Below are positions 35,875 to 48,379 of a DNA stretch of 64,000 nucleotides, in pieces. The notes under the pieces are model-generated. The model worked only from the letters and a program-made list of their open reading frames with translations, ran no database searches and was not told where the DNA came from. The stretch is from Octopus bimaculoides (taxonomy: Eukaryota): contig NC_069007.1 in assembly GCF_001194135.2 (NCBI RefSeq), positions 21,079,249 to 21,143,248 on the forward strand. Reading direction: 5' to 3'. Every line of letters begins with the position of its first letter. Position 1 is the first letter of the stretch. The position numbers and the translations under genes are program-made.

Positions 35875-37248
35875 ATGTCAGAAGAATTAGGAAAATCCTC
35901 ACATGACTGTGACATCTGCAAAGAGTCATTCTTAGGAGAAAGTAAATTCAATCAACACAAACAAATTCATACAGGGGAGCAACCATATCACTGTAGTATC
36001 TGTGGTAAATCATTCTCAAATGACAGTCACTTAACTCGACACATATGTATTCATACTGGAGAGAAACCTTATCCCTGTGATATCTGTGGTAAATCATTGT
36101 CTGACAGGAATAGCTTAACTCAACACAAACGTATTCATACAGGGGAGAAACCATATCACTGTGAAGTCTGTGGTAAATCATTGTCTGACAGGAGTAGCTT
36201 CGCTCGACACAAACGCATTCATACGGGGGAGAAACCATATCACTGTGATATCTGTGGTAAATCATTCTCAAATGATGGTCACTTAACTCAACACAAACGT
36301 ATTCATACAGGAGAAAGACCTTATCCTTGTGATATCTGCGGTGAATCATTCTCTGTTAGCAGTAGCTTAATTCGGCACAAACGCATTCATACAGGAGAAA
36401 AACCATATCCTTGTGATATATGTGGTAAATCTTTCCCTGAAAACTGTAGCTTAACTCAACACAAACGTATTCATACGGGGGAGAAACCATATCATTGTAG
36501 TATCTGCGGTACTTCATTCTCCAATGACAGTCATTTAACTCGACACATACGTATTCATACAGGAGAGAAACCTTTTCCCTGTGATATCTGTGGTGAATCA
36601 TTCTCTGTTGGCAGTAGCTTAACTCGACATAAACGTATCCATACAGGGGAGAAACCATATCATTGTGACATTTGTGGTAAATCTTTCACTGAAAACAGTG
36701 GCTTAACTAAACATAAACGTATTCATACTGGGGAGAAACCATATCAGTGTGATATCTGTGGTGAATCATTCTCTCGTACTTATAGCTTAGATATTCACAA
36801 ACGTATGCATACAGGAGACAAAAAATACCACTGTGATGTCTGTGGTAAGTCATTCTCTGCTGGCAGTAGATTAACTACACACAAACTAATTCATATAGGG
36901 GAGAAACCATATCACTGTGATATATGTGGCAAATCATTCAGTCAGACAGGTAACTTAACTAGACACAAACGTATTCATACAGGTGAGCAACCGTTTCACT
37001 GTGATATCTGTGGTAAATCATTCAGTCAGACAGGCAACCTAACTACACACAAACGTACTCATACAGGTGAGCAACCATATCACTGTGATATCTGTGGCAA
37101 ATCATTCTCTGAAAAGGGTATCTTAACTACACACAAACTTATTCATACTGGAGTAAAACCATATCATTGTGATATCTGCAATAAATCATTCTCACAAAAA
37201 CATCACTTAATTAAACACAAGTGCATTCCTTATTCAAAGGATCCATAA
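35875..37248 (+). CDS. C2H2 zinc-finger protein, 457 aa, 15 intact + 1 terminal degenerate finger (A/B chimera)
   Basis: N-terminal half resembles 27639/48380; C-terminal half resembles 30597/41775. Confidence 0.95.
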   Translation: MSEELGKSSHDCDICKESFLGESKFNQHKQIHTGEQPYHCSICGKSFSNDSHLTRHICIHTGEKPYPCDICGKSLSDRNSLTQHKRIHTGEKPYHCEVCGKSLSDRSSFARHKRIHTGEKPYHCDICGKSFSNDGHLTQHKRIHTGERPYPCDICGESFSVSSSLIRHKRIHTGEKPYPCDICGKSFPENCSLTQHKRIHTGEKPYHCSICGTSFSNDSHLTRHIRIHTGEKPFPCDICGESFSVGSSLTRHKRIHTGEKPYHCDICGKSFTENSGLTKHKRIHTGEKPYQCDICGESFSRTYSLDIHKRMHTGDKKYHCDVCGKSFSAGSRLTTHKLIHIGEKPYHCDICGKSFSQTGNLTRHKRIHTGEQPFHCDICGKSFSQTGNLTTHKRTHTGEQPYHCDICGKSFSEKGILTTHKLIHTGVKPYHCDICNKSFSQKHHLIKHKCIPYSKDP

Positions 37249-37607
37249 GTACAGTGACATTTGTTGTATAAAATTCCCTCAGAAGGATAGGCTTGTACCT
37301 CTCCTGTTTCCAAGCAAGGAAATAATTTTCACAGCAAGACATATTTTACACAGAAGACTGGAAATGAATAACTGCATCTGTATGACGGTCATTATGGCCA
37401 TTTACAAGCATCACATGATATCTGGACAATGGTACACTCACAGACACTGATGCACACATATGTATGTCTTGAGAATTTTACTTGTTTTATGTACATGTAA
37501 ATGAAACACATGTAATGCTGAATAAATAATATGAAAGTCTTCTCCAGTCTCCTTATGTTATACGTAATTACTCTGCAAAAAATATCCAAATCTCCCACAA
37601 AAATAAA

Positions 37608-37664
<57 letters not shown>
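37608..37664. repeat. (CA)n(TA)n microsatellite
   Basis: Directly visible. Confidence 0.9.
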
Positions 37665-38079
37665 NNNNNNNNNNNNNNNNNNNNNNNNNNNNNNNNNNNN
37701 NNNNNNNNNNNNNNNNNNNNNNNNNNNNNNNNNNNNNNNNNNNNNNNNNNNNNNNNNNNNNNNNNNNNNNNNNNNNNNNNNNNNNNNNNNNNNNNNNNNN
37801 NNNNNNNNNNNNNNNNNNNNNNNNNNNNNNNNNNNNNNNNNNNNNNNNNNNNNNNNNNNNNNNNNNNNNNNNNNNNNNNNNNNNNNNNNNNNNNNNNNNN
37901 NNNNNNNNNNNNNNNNNNNNNNNNNNNNNNNNNNNNNNNNNNNNNNNNNNNNNNNNNNNNNNNNNNNNNNNNNNNNNNNNNNNNNNNNNNNNNNNNNNNN
38001 NNNNNTATATATTTAGATTCAGGGGAATATGGTACTTAAGTTTAGGCAACAGAATTTAGTATTGGTATGATCCATACAA

Positions 38080-38574
38080 TTTCAAAGTGATTAAAATCAA
38101 AATAAGCAACAAGGATATCCAGAAGTAATGCAGTACGATCATTTCATGAAACTCCATTTAATTGAACAATGCAACCATTACATCAATTTAAAATGCAGAG
38201 CAATCCTCAGCTGCACAAAGACATAGAATTTAATTAAATTAGAACAGATGAACACATTAGTATAATACCTAAAATCTCCAAGAAGTTTGGGAGACAGACA
38301 GATAACATCTTGCTTTAGCCACACCATGAAAGCTAAAGCAAGATGTTCTCTGTCTGTCTCCCTAACCTCTGGGAGATTTTAGGTATTATTATACTAATGT
38401 GACCATCTGTTCTAATTTAATTAAATTCTATGTCTTTGTGCAGCTGAGGATTGCTCTGCATTTTAAATTGATGTAATGATTACATTGTTCAATTAAATGG
38501 AGTTGCATGAAACGATTGTACTGCATTACATCTGGATATCCTCGTTGCTTATTTTGATTTTAATCACTTTGAAA
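38080..38574. mobile_element. ~495-bp near-perfect palindrome (foldback MITE-like)
   Basis: Arms of ~240 bp (tttcaaagtgattaaaatc... / ...gattttaatcactttgaaa) around the loop cacaccatgaaa. Confidence 0.8.
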
Positions 38575-38766
38575 GCTATAGAGCACTGAACAGTGAGAAG
38601 ATATAATAAAAAGAGAAAAAAGACGGCGCCTATTGTGTTGTGAGGAATTGGATGTAGGCGGATGCCAATTATATTTAAAGAAAGCTAAATCTATGAATGC
38701 TATAAAAAATCAAATAACCATCTTTTTCTTAAATAGGTCCTCTTAATTTTTTCATTAATAATAAAC

Positions 38767-38930
38767 TAAGGTGGCTGTCTGGCAGGATCGTTAGCATATT
38801 GAGCAAAGTGCCTAGCTGGGTTCTTCTGACATCACTTGTGCCTTTAAATTCTGCCAAAATGGCCTTTATCTTTCATTCAGAGGTGGGGGGGGGTGATGCA
38901 AATAAGCACCAGTTGAGCACTGGAGTTGAC
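38767..38930 (+). mobile_element. Decayed tRNA-derived SINE
   Basis: Paralog at 45866-46030; related to 25008. Confidence 0.55.
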
Positions 38931-39059
38931 ATAATCAATTCAACACTGCCCATGGAATTGCTGGCCTTGTGCCAATATTTGAAAACAATATTAATTCCAG
39001 TCTCTTATCTTCTCTCTTGCCCGGTGGAAATGCCATGACCATGTTGGCTTGTTCCTGGA

Positions 39060-39850
39060 GATTAGTTCCCCTTGCTCATAGTTCATTCTTCCGAATTCTG
39101 TTTATTTCTTGCTCTCGTTTCTTACGCATCTTAATTGCTTGATCAGTTCCACTTTACAACTGATATTTAAGAGAAACCCAATCAGAAATATGTACATGTT
39201 TGGTAATTAACTGTCTAAAGAAACAGATACAGCATTTTTTATTACGTTGACCTGAAAAATTTGAAGTAACGTTTGTTGTGAAAAGGAAGAAATTCAGTTG
39301 AAGCTGTCATTGTCCACTCTGACTCCTTGACTCTCTCTCTATATATTATTATGTAAGTATTGTATGAACATTTCTATTCTATATGTGTCATATTATGTAC
39401 ATCTGTTTGTTTCCATGTGTTGAATAAGTTAAAAGAAAGAATCTCACGAAACAAACACGAAATTATATGAAAGCAAGGCTGTTCTTTTAATACTTTCATT
39501 GTGATATTTTCTTTTCGATATTTCATCGCACTTGTGGTTACACCTTCCGTATCGTCGTTATTTCCTATGTTTGTTAATGTTAGATTAATACCTTGTTTAA
39601 ATAACATTTCTCTTTCTTTTTGACATGTAAATTTGACAATTTAGTTAAATGCGGAAAAATTACGATGTAATTTGTCAGAAACAATGGGGAATGTGTAAAA
39701 GTACGAGTGTGCACTTGAAATACTGAAACGAAAAGGCACTATCGTATACAGACGAAATGAAACGGCGTTGAATTAAAACACTAGAAAATATCTAATTTGA
39801 TGAAAATTACATATAAATACCCGTTTATATAATGTTACTCGAAAATTACT
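39060..39850 (+). promoter_or_regulatory. Upstream cassette module of the 41775 gene
   Basis: GTAAGTA donor at 39353. Confidence 0.6.
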
Positions 39851-41341
39851 AGGTGAAGATAGAAAAAGAATATCGACACGACATATAAAATGATGGCTGA
39901 TTGCTATTGTTTAAAAACTATCGCGTTGTAAAATTTAGGTTACTCTAATCAATCACTAAGAACTCAGTTTTCGTACTTGAAGCATTATAAACATTTTTAT
40001 GTCCATTAAAATATATAGACATTATAATAATGAAGAGTCTGTAGAATGGTTTTGTGGTTTCAAAATTTTATACTTAGGAAATACAAAACCGAATTAAGAG
40101 GAAACATTATCTTAATTGAGTTATATGTAATTAAAAAAAGAACAATAAATGTAAAAGCCAATAAATTGTCGATGGAAAGTCTCCAAGGTAACTAAACCCT
40201 TAGATTTATTATCACGGAACTGAGTAGATCAGGATTACAAAGAAATTTGTGGACAAAAGTTTTTGGTAGGGGACGAGGTTAAAGTGTGTGGTTGAAGGGA
40301 GATTTGGCTGTTGTTTCTAGCACGTGCAAGACGACCCTCGTTTTTCTTTCAAATGTGTATTTGATGTTTTTCAACATTACCCCACCATGGACGCATTTAT
40401 GCTAAAAAAAACTTGTAAAATTTGAAGGCGGACCGACACCACAATCTCATCCCGTTTTTTGGGGGTTTCTTTGTAGATTCCGAACCTGTAAAAAAAAAAA
40501 TTGGCATTTCAAAATTTCACCCCTCCAAATTTCTTCATTTTTCACTCTTTTCAGACTTTTTTTTTTTGTGTGTGAAATACGTGGAAAAATACAGAGATTA
40601 TGATTCTGAAACAAATTTTTCTTTTTTTTTAAATTTCAATTAAAAAAAAAAAAGAACAATAAATAAAAGTAAATAGTATCCTCCCCTCCCCTTTGCGAAT
40701 GTACGGCTATGCGTAGGTGTTTTCTATCTGCATGAAATAGGCTTTGGAGCAGCCTCTTCCTATGCTAGAAATAACAGCCAAATCGCCGACAAGCTCTACA
40801 TACTTTGCAGGCAATCCTACACAATCGTACCCCATTGACTTTGTGAAATTTGTGGTCCTTATGAAAATTTACAGCATTAATTATTAAACATTGATGTTTG
40901 TTTCTCATAAAATGGTATATATTTAATTGACATTAAATTATTATTTACGATTATTTAAGGTACACACAACCTGCAAATCTTTGTCAGTTTAATGTTTTTG
41001 TATTTAATTTCGAATTGCATATGTTCGTCAATTCACTACGATCTCTCTAAAGTAAATAAAATCAAAAATTTATATTTGTGGTGGAGATGAAATTAACTTT
41101 TTTTTTTTTTTTTGCATATTCGTAGTTTTTGACATCTAAAGCGTAGGAATGTCCAGGAAGTGTCATGATAGATGTGTCTATAATAGAAACTTCTTGAAAA
41201 TAGAGAGACGGGATAAATTTAATAGTTTAGATAGAGGATACCTTCAACAATTTATGAAAACAGAAATGTCGTAAATTTGCACTTTTGAATATCTACTTTT
41301 AAACATACTCTATGTCTTATCTTATTTTTCTATTCTTTCAG

Positions 41342-41476
41342 AAAATCATATGAAATTGGCTAAAAAATATTTTTTTTACTTTTAAAAAATCACCAATATG
41401 TATCATGTTTGAAAGACCCTGGAAAGATATTCTACAAACGTATAACCTTGCTTCTATGAAACATGCCTGAATTATA
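41342..41476 (+). promoter_or_regulatory. Conserved leader block
   Basis: Acceptor 41340-1; uORF present; GT at 41477. Confidence 0.6.
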
Positions 41477-41774
41477 GTAAAATATTTCCACTGAGACAAA
41501 AAAACATTTCTTTACTTCACTATATGAAATGTGGAAGAGATAATTTTCTCTTTTTAAATATACCTTGTTGAATTTACAAAACTATTTGGAGCATTTCTAA
41601 ATTTTGACAATTAACACATTTACAAGAAATATAACAAAAGTAATATTTGTTTGGTATGAACTATGAAAACGAAAAAGAAGGAAAATATCCATAAATTTTG
41701 GTAAAAGAAGAAATATTTTTGAAAGGCTCTTGATTGGTAAAAGATGAAGGATTGATTTTATTTTTCCTGAAAAG

Positions 41775-43148
41775 ATGTCGAACGAAGCTGCAAAATCATC
41801 ATATCACTGTGATATCTGTGGTAAATCATTCTCTGGCAGCACTAGATTAACTACACACAAACGTATTCATACAGGGGAGAAACCATATCAGTGTGATATC
41901 TGTGGTAAATCATTCATTGAGGGCAGTAATTTAACTAGACACAAACGTATTCATACAGGTGAGGAACCATATCACTGTGATATGTGTGGTAAATCATTCT
42001 CTGCTCGCAGCAACTTAACTACACACAAGCGTGTTCATACGGGGGAGAAACCATATCATTGTAATATCTGTGGTAAATCTTTCTCTGTTGGAAGTAGTTT
42101 AAATACACACAAACGTATTCATACAGGGGAGAAACCATGTACCTGTGATATCTGTGGGAAATCATTTTCTGATGGTAGTAGCTTATATAAACACAAACGC
42201 ATTCATACTGGGGAGAAACCATTTCACTGTGATATCTGTGGTAAATCATTCTCTCGTAGTCATAGCTTAGATATTCACAAACATAGCCATACAGGAGACA
42301 AAAAATACCACTGTGATATCTGTGGTAAATTATTCTCTGCTGGCAGTAGCCTAACTACACACAAACTAATTCATACAGGGGAAAAACCATATCATTGTGA
42401 TGTTTGTGGTAAATCGTTCTCTGTTGGCAGTAACTTAACAGCACACAAACTAATTCATACAGGCGAGAAACCATATCACTGTGATATCTGTGGTAAATCA
42501 TTCTCTGATGGCAGTAACTTGACTAAACACAAACGCATTCATACAGGAGAGAAACCATATCACTGTGATATCTGTGGTAAATCATTCGCTCGTACTTATA
42601 GCTTAGATATTCACAAACATATCCATACAGGAGATAAAGGCTACCACTGTGATATCTGTGGTAAGTCATTCTCTGCTGGCAGTAGATTAATTACACACAA
42701 ACTAATTCATACAGGGGAGAAACCACATCACTGTGATATCTGTGGTAAATCTTTCTCCACTGGTAGTAACTTAACTACACACAGACGTATTCATACAGGG
42801 AAGAAACCATATCACTGTGATATCTGTGGCAAATCATTCAGTCAGACGGGTAACTTAACTACACACAAACGTACTCATACAGGTGAACAACCATATCACT
42901 GTGATATCTGTGGTAAATCATTCTCTATTGGTAGTAGCTTAACTACACACATACGCGTTCATACCGGGGAGAAACCATATCGCTGCAATATCTGTGGTAA
43001 ATCATTCTCTGAAAATAGTATCTTAACTACACACAAACGTATTCATACTGGAGTAAAACCATATCATTGTGATATCTGCAGTAAATCATTCTCACAAAAA
43101 CATCACTTAATTAAACACAAGTGCATTCGTTATGCAAAGGATCCATAG
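41775..43148 (+). CDS. C2H2 zinc-finger protein, 457 aa, 15 intact + 1 terminal degenerate finger (B-type)
   Basis: [12 protein letters not shown]...[10 protein letters not shown]; close paralog of 30597. Confidence 0.95.
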   Translation: MSNEAAKSSYHCDICGKSFSGSTRLTTHKRIHTGEKPYQCDICGKSFIEGSNLTRHKRIHTGEEPYHCDMCGKSFSARSNLTTHKRVHTGEKPYHCNICGKSFSVGSSLNTHKRIHTGEKPCTCDICGKSFSDGSSLYKHKRIHTGEKPFHCDICGKSFSRSHSLDIHKHSHTGDKKYHCDICGKLFSAGSSLTTHKLIHTGEKPYHCDVCGKSFSVGSNLTAHKLIHTGEKPYHCDICGKSFSDGSNLTKHKRIHTGEKPYHCDICGKSFARTYSLDIHKHIHTGDKGYHCDICGKSFSAGSRLITHKLIHTGEKPHHCDICGKSFSTGSNLTTHRRIHTGKKPYHCDICGKSFSQTGNLTTHKRTHTGEQPYHCDICGKSFSIGSSLTTHIRVHTGEKPYRCNICGKSFSENSILTTHKRIHTGVKPYHCDICSKSFSQKHHLIKHKCIRYAKDP

Positions 43149-43467
43149 CATAGTGACATTTGTTGTATAACATTCCTTCAGGAAAACCTCTACACATGAT
43201 TGAAACTATGTTATGAATGTGATATCTATAGTAAATCTTTCATCTCAGATTATCCATTAACTAATCAAAAGAGCATTGACAGAGGAAGGTAAACATGACT
43301 GATATTAAACCTTAATCATTCTTTCAAAATGGTGAATTAATTCTACAGTCATATTAATATGAAAGATATAACTATGCCTCAAGATATTTATGCTTAATTA
43401 ATCTATGAAAATGATCAATTATTGAAACATAAATGCATTGATACAGAAGAGGAACCATATCACTACG

Positions 43468-43695
43468 ATAATGATGATGATCCTCATCATTTAAAATTCA
43501 CTTTTCCATTCTTCTGTGGATCAGATGGAATTCATTGATGGGGATTTTCTTCAGTCGGATGCCTTTCCCATCACCCATCCTCAACTGTTTCCAAGCAAGG
43601 AAATATTTTCCATGGTGAGATATATTTTACACAGAAAACTAGAAATGAAGGACTGCATCTGTATGATGGCCATTTACAAGCTTCACGTGATATCT
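43468..43695 (-). mobile_element. RTE-related insertion, paralog of 31868
   Basis: Near-identical to 31868-32105. Confidence 0.65.
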
Positions 43696-43914
43696 GGACA
43701 AAGGTACACACTCACTGACACACAAATATGTATGTCTGGAGAATTTCTTAAAGGAAATATTTTACATTGTTTATCTACATTTAAATATTTGTAATTCCTG
43801 TTAGAAAATGAAACACATGTAATGCTGAATAAATAATATCAAACTCTTCTCCAGTCTCATGTGATAAGTAATTTTACTCTGCAAAAAATATTATCCAAAC
43901 CTTCCACAAAAATA

Positions 43915-44381
43915 ATACACGCACACACACACAGATGTATATATATATATTACATATATACCGCCCACATACATGACAAACATACATGCGCGCCCTCACA
44001 CACACATATAGACGAATGCACATATATATACACACACACCCATATATACGTGCACGCCTACATACACAGCCGCATACACACAGGAGTGCACACACAAAAT
44101 AACACACATACGCATGCACACACCTCTCACATACATAAAACCACATACACATATACACACACCTCTCACATACACAATACTCACTCACATACATAACACA
44201 CACGCACGCACGAAAACATACACAATATACACATACACGCATGCACAAAAAATATACACACGCGCACACGGAAACACACATACAGACACACATAAACACA
44301 CACACACACCCGTACCTAACACTCACAATCCCACACACACACGCACATCCACACACACCAACACTACACACTCACACAGAC
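43915..44381. repeat. Cryptic CA-rich microsatellite
   Basis: Degenerate (CA)n/(CATA)n run. Confidence 0.9.
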
Positions 44382-46129
44382 NNNNNNNNNNNNNNNNNNN
44401 NNNNNNNNNNNNNNNNNNNNNNNNNNNNNNNNNNNNNNNNNNNNNNNNNNNNNNNNNNNNNNNNNNNNNNNNNNNNNNNNNNNNNNNNNNNNNNNNNNNN
44501 NNNNNNNNNNNNNNNNNNNNNNNNNNNNNNNNNNNNNNNNNNNNNNNNNNNNNNNNNNNNNNNNNNNNNNNNNNNNNNNNNNNNNNNNNNNNNNNNNNNN
44601 NNNNNNNNNNNNNNNNNNNNNNNNNNNNNNNNNNNNNNNNNNNNNNNNNNNNNNNNNNNNNNNNNNNNNNNNNNNNNNNNNNNNNNNNNNNNNNNNNNNN
44701 NNNNNNNNNNNNNNNNNNNNNNNNNNNNNNNNNNNNNNNNNNNNNNNNNNNNNNNNNNNNNNNNNNNNNNNNNNNNNNNNNNNNNNNNNNNNNNNNNNNN
44801 NNNNNNNNNNNNNNNNNNNNNNNNNNNNNNNNNNNNNNNNNNNNNNNNNNNNNNNNNNNNNNNNNNNNNNNNNNNNNNNNNNNNNNNNNNNNNNNNNNNN
44901 NNNNNNNNNNNNNNNNNNNNNNNNNNNNNNNNNNNNNNNNNNNNNNNNNNNNNNNNNNNNNNNNNNNNNNNNNNNNNNNNNNNNNNNNNNNNNNNNNNNN
45001 NNNNNNNNNNNNNNNNNNNNNNNNNNNNNNNNNNNNNNNNNNNNNNNNNNNNNNNNNNNNNNNNNNNNNNNNNNNNNNNNNNNNNNNNNNNNNNNNNNNN
45101 NNNNNNNNNNNNNNNNNNNNNNNNNNNNNNNTAACACTATCCATATCACGTCCTCACTTTGTTGTTTTTTTGAACTTATATTTATATATATATATATATA
45201 TATATAATAATATTATTAGGGACAAAATATATATATATATATATAATAAAGTGTATGCCATGTTACATTAAATTTTTACTCACATGAAACCATGACTCCT
45301 ATTTTTTACTATACAATTTTTGTTTTCTAGATGAAAAATTTGAATTTCAATTTCAAAACGTAATTTTATTTGTTTATGGTTAAAATGGAAAAAAAAAAAC
45401 ATTGTTAATTAATATAATCGAAGATTTGAAATGAAATAAGTTTTGTTCCTGAAACTTATAGTGATGATGATGATGATAGTGTTGGTGGTGGTGTGTTGAT
45501 CACAAATGGATTTTCTTTTTTATAGAGACCATCACTTGTCACACTTGCACTTCGATGCAATTATTTATAGTCTTCTCACCTAAGAAATTGATATTTGTTC
45601 CTAAGGATTAATTTAGCCTAAACTATGGATTCACAAGAACCACAGTTGCAAGCTGTCTGAGAATAGGGTGCACAGATATAGAGCACGGAACAGTGAGAGG
45701 ATATAATAATAAAAAAAGACTGCACCGATGGTGTTGTGAGGAATTGGATGTAGACAGACGCCAACTATATTTAAAGAAAGCTAAAACTATGAATGCTATT
45801 AAAATGGAAATCATCCTTTCTTTCTTAAATAGGTCCTCTTAATTTTTTAAAATTATTTTAAACGAAGTTGGCAGTCTGGCAGGATCCTTAGCATATTGAG
45901 CAAAGTACTTAGCTGGGTTCTTCTGACATCACTTGTGCCTTTAAATTCTGCCAAAGTGGACTTTGTCTTTCATTCAGGGGGGTGATGCAAAGAAGCACCA
46001 GTTGAGCACTGGAGTTGACATGGAATTGCTGGCTTTGTGCCAATATTTGAAAACAATATTAATTCCAGTCTCTTATCTTCTTTCTTGCCCGGTGGAAATG
46101 CCATGACCATGTTGGCTTGTTCCTGGAGA

Positions 46130-46900
46130 TTAGTTCCCCTTGCTCATAGTTCATTCTTCCGAATTCTGTTTATTTCTTGCTCTCGTTTCTTACGCATCTT
46201 AATTGCTTGATCAGTTCCACTTTACAACTGATATTTAAGAGAAAACCCTATCAAAAATATATACACGATTGGTAATTAACTGTCTAAAGAAACAGATACA
46301 GCATTTTTTTATTACGTTGACCTGAAAAATTTGAAGTAACGTTTGTTGTGAAAAGGAAGAAATTCAGTTGAAGCTGTCATTGTCCACTCTGACTCGTTGA
46401 CTGTCTCTGTCTATATTACTATGTAAGTATTGTATGAACATTTCTATTCTATATGTGTCATATTATGTACATCTGTTTGTTTCCATGTGTTGAATAAGTT
46501 AAAAGAAAGAATCTCACGAAACAAACACGAAATTATATGGAAGTAAGGCTGTTCTTTTAATACTTTCATTGTGTTATTTGCTTGTAGATATTTCATCGCA
46601 CTTGTGGTTATTTACTATGTTTGTTAATGTTAGATTAATACATTGTTTAGATAGCATTTCTCTTTCTTTTTGACAATTTAGTTAAATACGGGAGAGTACG
46701 GTGTAATTTGTAAAGAAAAATGGGGAATGTGTAAAAGTAGGAGTGTGTACTTGAACTATGAAACGAAAAGGCATTATCATATTAGAGAGGAAATGGAACG
46801 GCTTTGAATTGAAACGCTAGAAAGTACCTAATTTGACCAAAAATAAATATAATAATCCGTTTATATAATCTTTTACTCGAAAATTACTAGGTGAAGATAT
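46130..46900 (+). promoter_or_regulatory. Upstream cassette module of the 48380 gene
   Basis: GTAAGTA donor at 46423. Confidence 0.6.
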
Positions 46901-47664
46901 AAAAAGAATATCGACACGACATATAAAATGATGGCTGATTGCCATTGTTTAAAAACTATCGTGTTGTGAAATTTAGTTTACTCGAATCAGTCAATAATAG
47001 CTCCATTTGCCATGCTTGAAGGATTATAAACATTTTTATGTCCATTAAAATATATAGACATTATAATAAAGTCATTGAGGATGGTTTTAAGTGTGGTTTC
47101 AAAATTTTATACTTAGGAAATACAAAACCGAATTAAGAGGAAGCATTATCTTAATTGAGTCATGTAATTAAAAAAAAGTACAATAAATGTAAAAGCTAAT
47201 AAATTATCGATGGAAAGTCTCCAAGGTAACTAAAACCATAGATTTATTATCACGGAACTGAGTAGATTATGATTAAAAAGTTTTTGGTAGGAGACGAGGA
47301 AAAAGTGCGATTTTAGGGAGATTTGGCTGTTGTTTCTAGCACGTGCAAGATCACCCTCGTTTTTCTCTCAAACATGTATTGATGTGCTTACATTATAATT
47401 CCGTCGAAATTTTCCTATAAATTGCTTTATAATCGTTTGTAAGGTATTTGTAGAAAATTTCATTAAATTATATTCATTTTCCTGAAGTTTACGAATGGAA
47501 AAACGGATCGTATGAATTTTACGGAAATCCTCTCCCAACTCCCTCGCAAAAATTCTTACGCATAAATCCCCACGTATTCTTAATCCACAACATATAAACG
47601 AGATTTCTTGAAGATTATCCACTTTTCTGGAAGTTCCGAGGCAACAAAGTCAATGGGGTACAGA

Positions 47665-47805
47665 TTCTATCAAAGAGCTAACTTAACTATTCACACAAGC
47701 GTTCATACAGGGGAGAAACCATATCACTGTGACATCAATGGTACATCATTCTCTGTAGTAGTAACTAGACACAAGCATACTCAGACACCGGAGAAAACCT
47801 CCCTC
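47665..47805 (+). pseudogene. Relic of the last two fingers of an A-type gene
   Basis: ttctatcaaagagctaac..[11 protein letters not shown]..ggagaaaacctccct aligns to 49725-49867. Confidence 0.75.
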
Positions 47806-48054
47806 AGACGAAAACATCAGATATCTAGTGTCATTGACATGTATATTGGTGTGTGTGTCTATAACAGAACTTATGTCCTGGAGATGTTATTATAATATAT
47901 AAACTTCTTGAAAATAGAGAGATGGGATAAGTTTAAAAGTTCAGTTAAAGGATTCCTTCTACAATTTATGAAAACAGAAATGTCGTAAATTTGCACTTTT
48001 GAATATCTACCTTTTAAACATTTTTGGCCTTATATTATTTTTCTGTTCTTTCAG

Positions 48055-48188
48055 AAAATCACATGAAATTGGCAAAAGAGTATTTTTTTACTTTTAAAGA
48101 ATCACCAATATGTATCATGTTCGAAAGACTCTGCAAAGATATTCTACAAACGTATAACCCTGCTTCTATAAAACGTTGCTGAATTACT
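48055..48188 (+). promoter_or_regulatory. Conserved leader block
   Basis: Acceptor 48053-4; uORF present; GT at 48189. Confidence 0.6.
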
Positions 48189-48379
48189 GTGAAATATTTC
48201 CTCTGAGAGAGAAAGCATTTCTTTCCTTTAGTGTCTGAAATGTGCAAGAGACAATTTTCTCTTCTAAATTTTGACAAACATCACATTTAGAAGATATATA
48301 AGAGAAGTGATATATGTTTGGAATAATCTGTAAAAGAAGAAAAATAGCCATATATTTTGCTGAGAGAANNNNNNNNNNC

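Noticed and set aside
43861-44381. His/Thr- and Cys/Val-rich ORFs (also the YI-rich ORFs at ~19000)
   Set aside because: Translations of microsatellites.
48314-48379. ORF-track N-terminus MFGIICKRRKIAIYFAER
   Set aside because: Equivalent to non-coding 35631-35683; joined to the fingers only through an under-sized gap.
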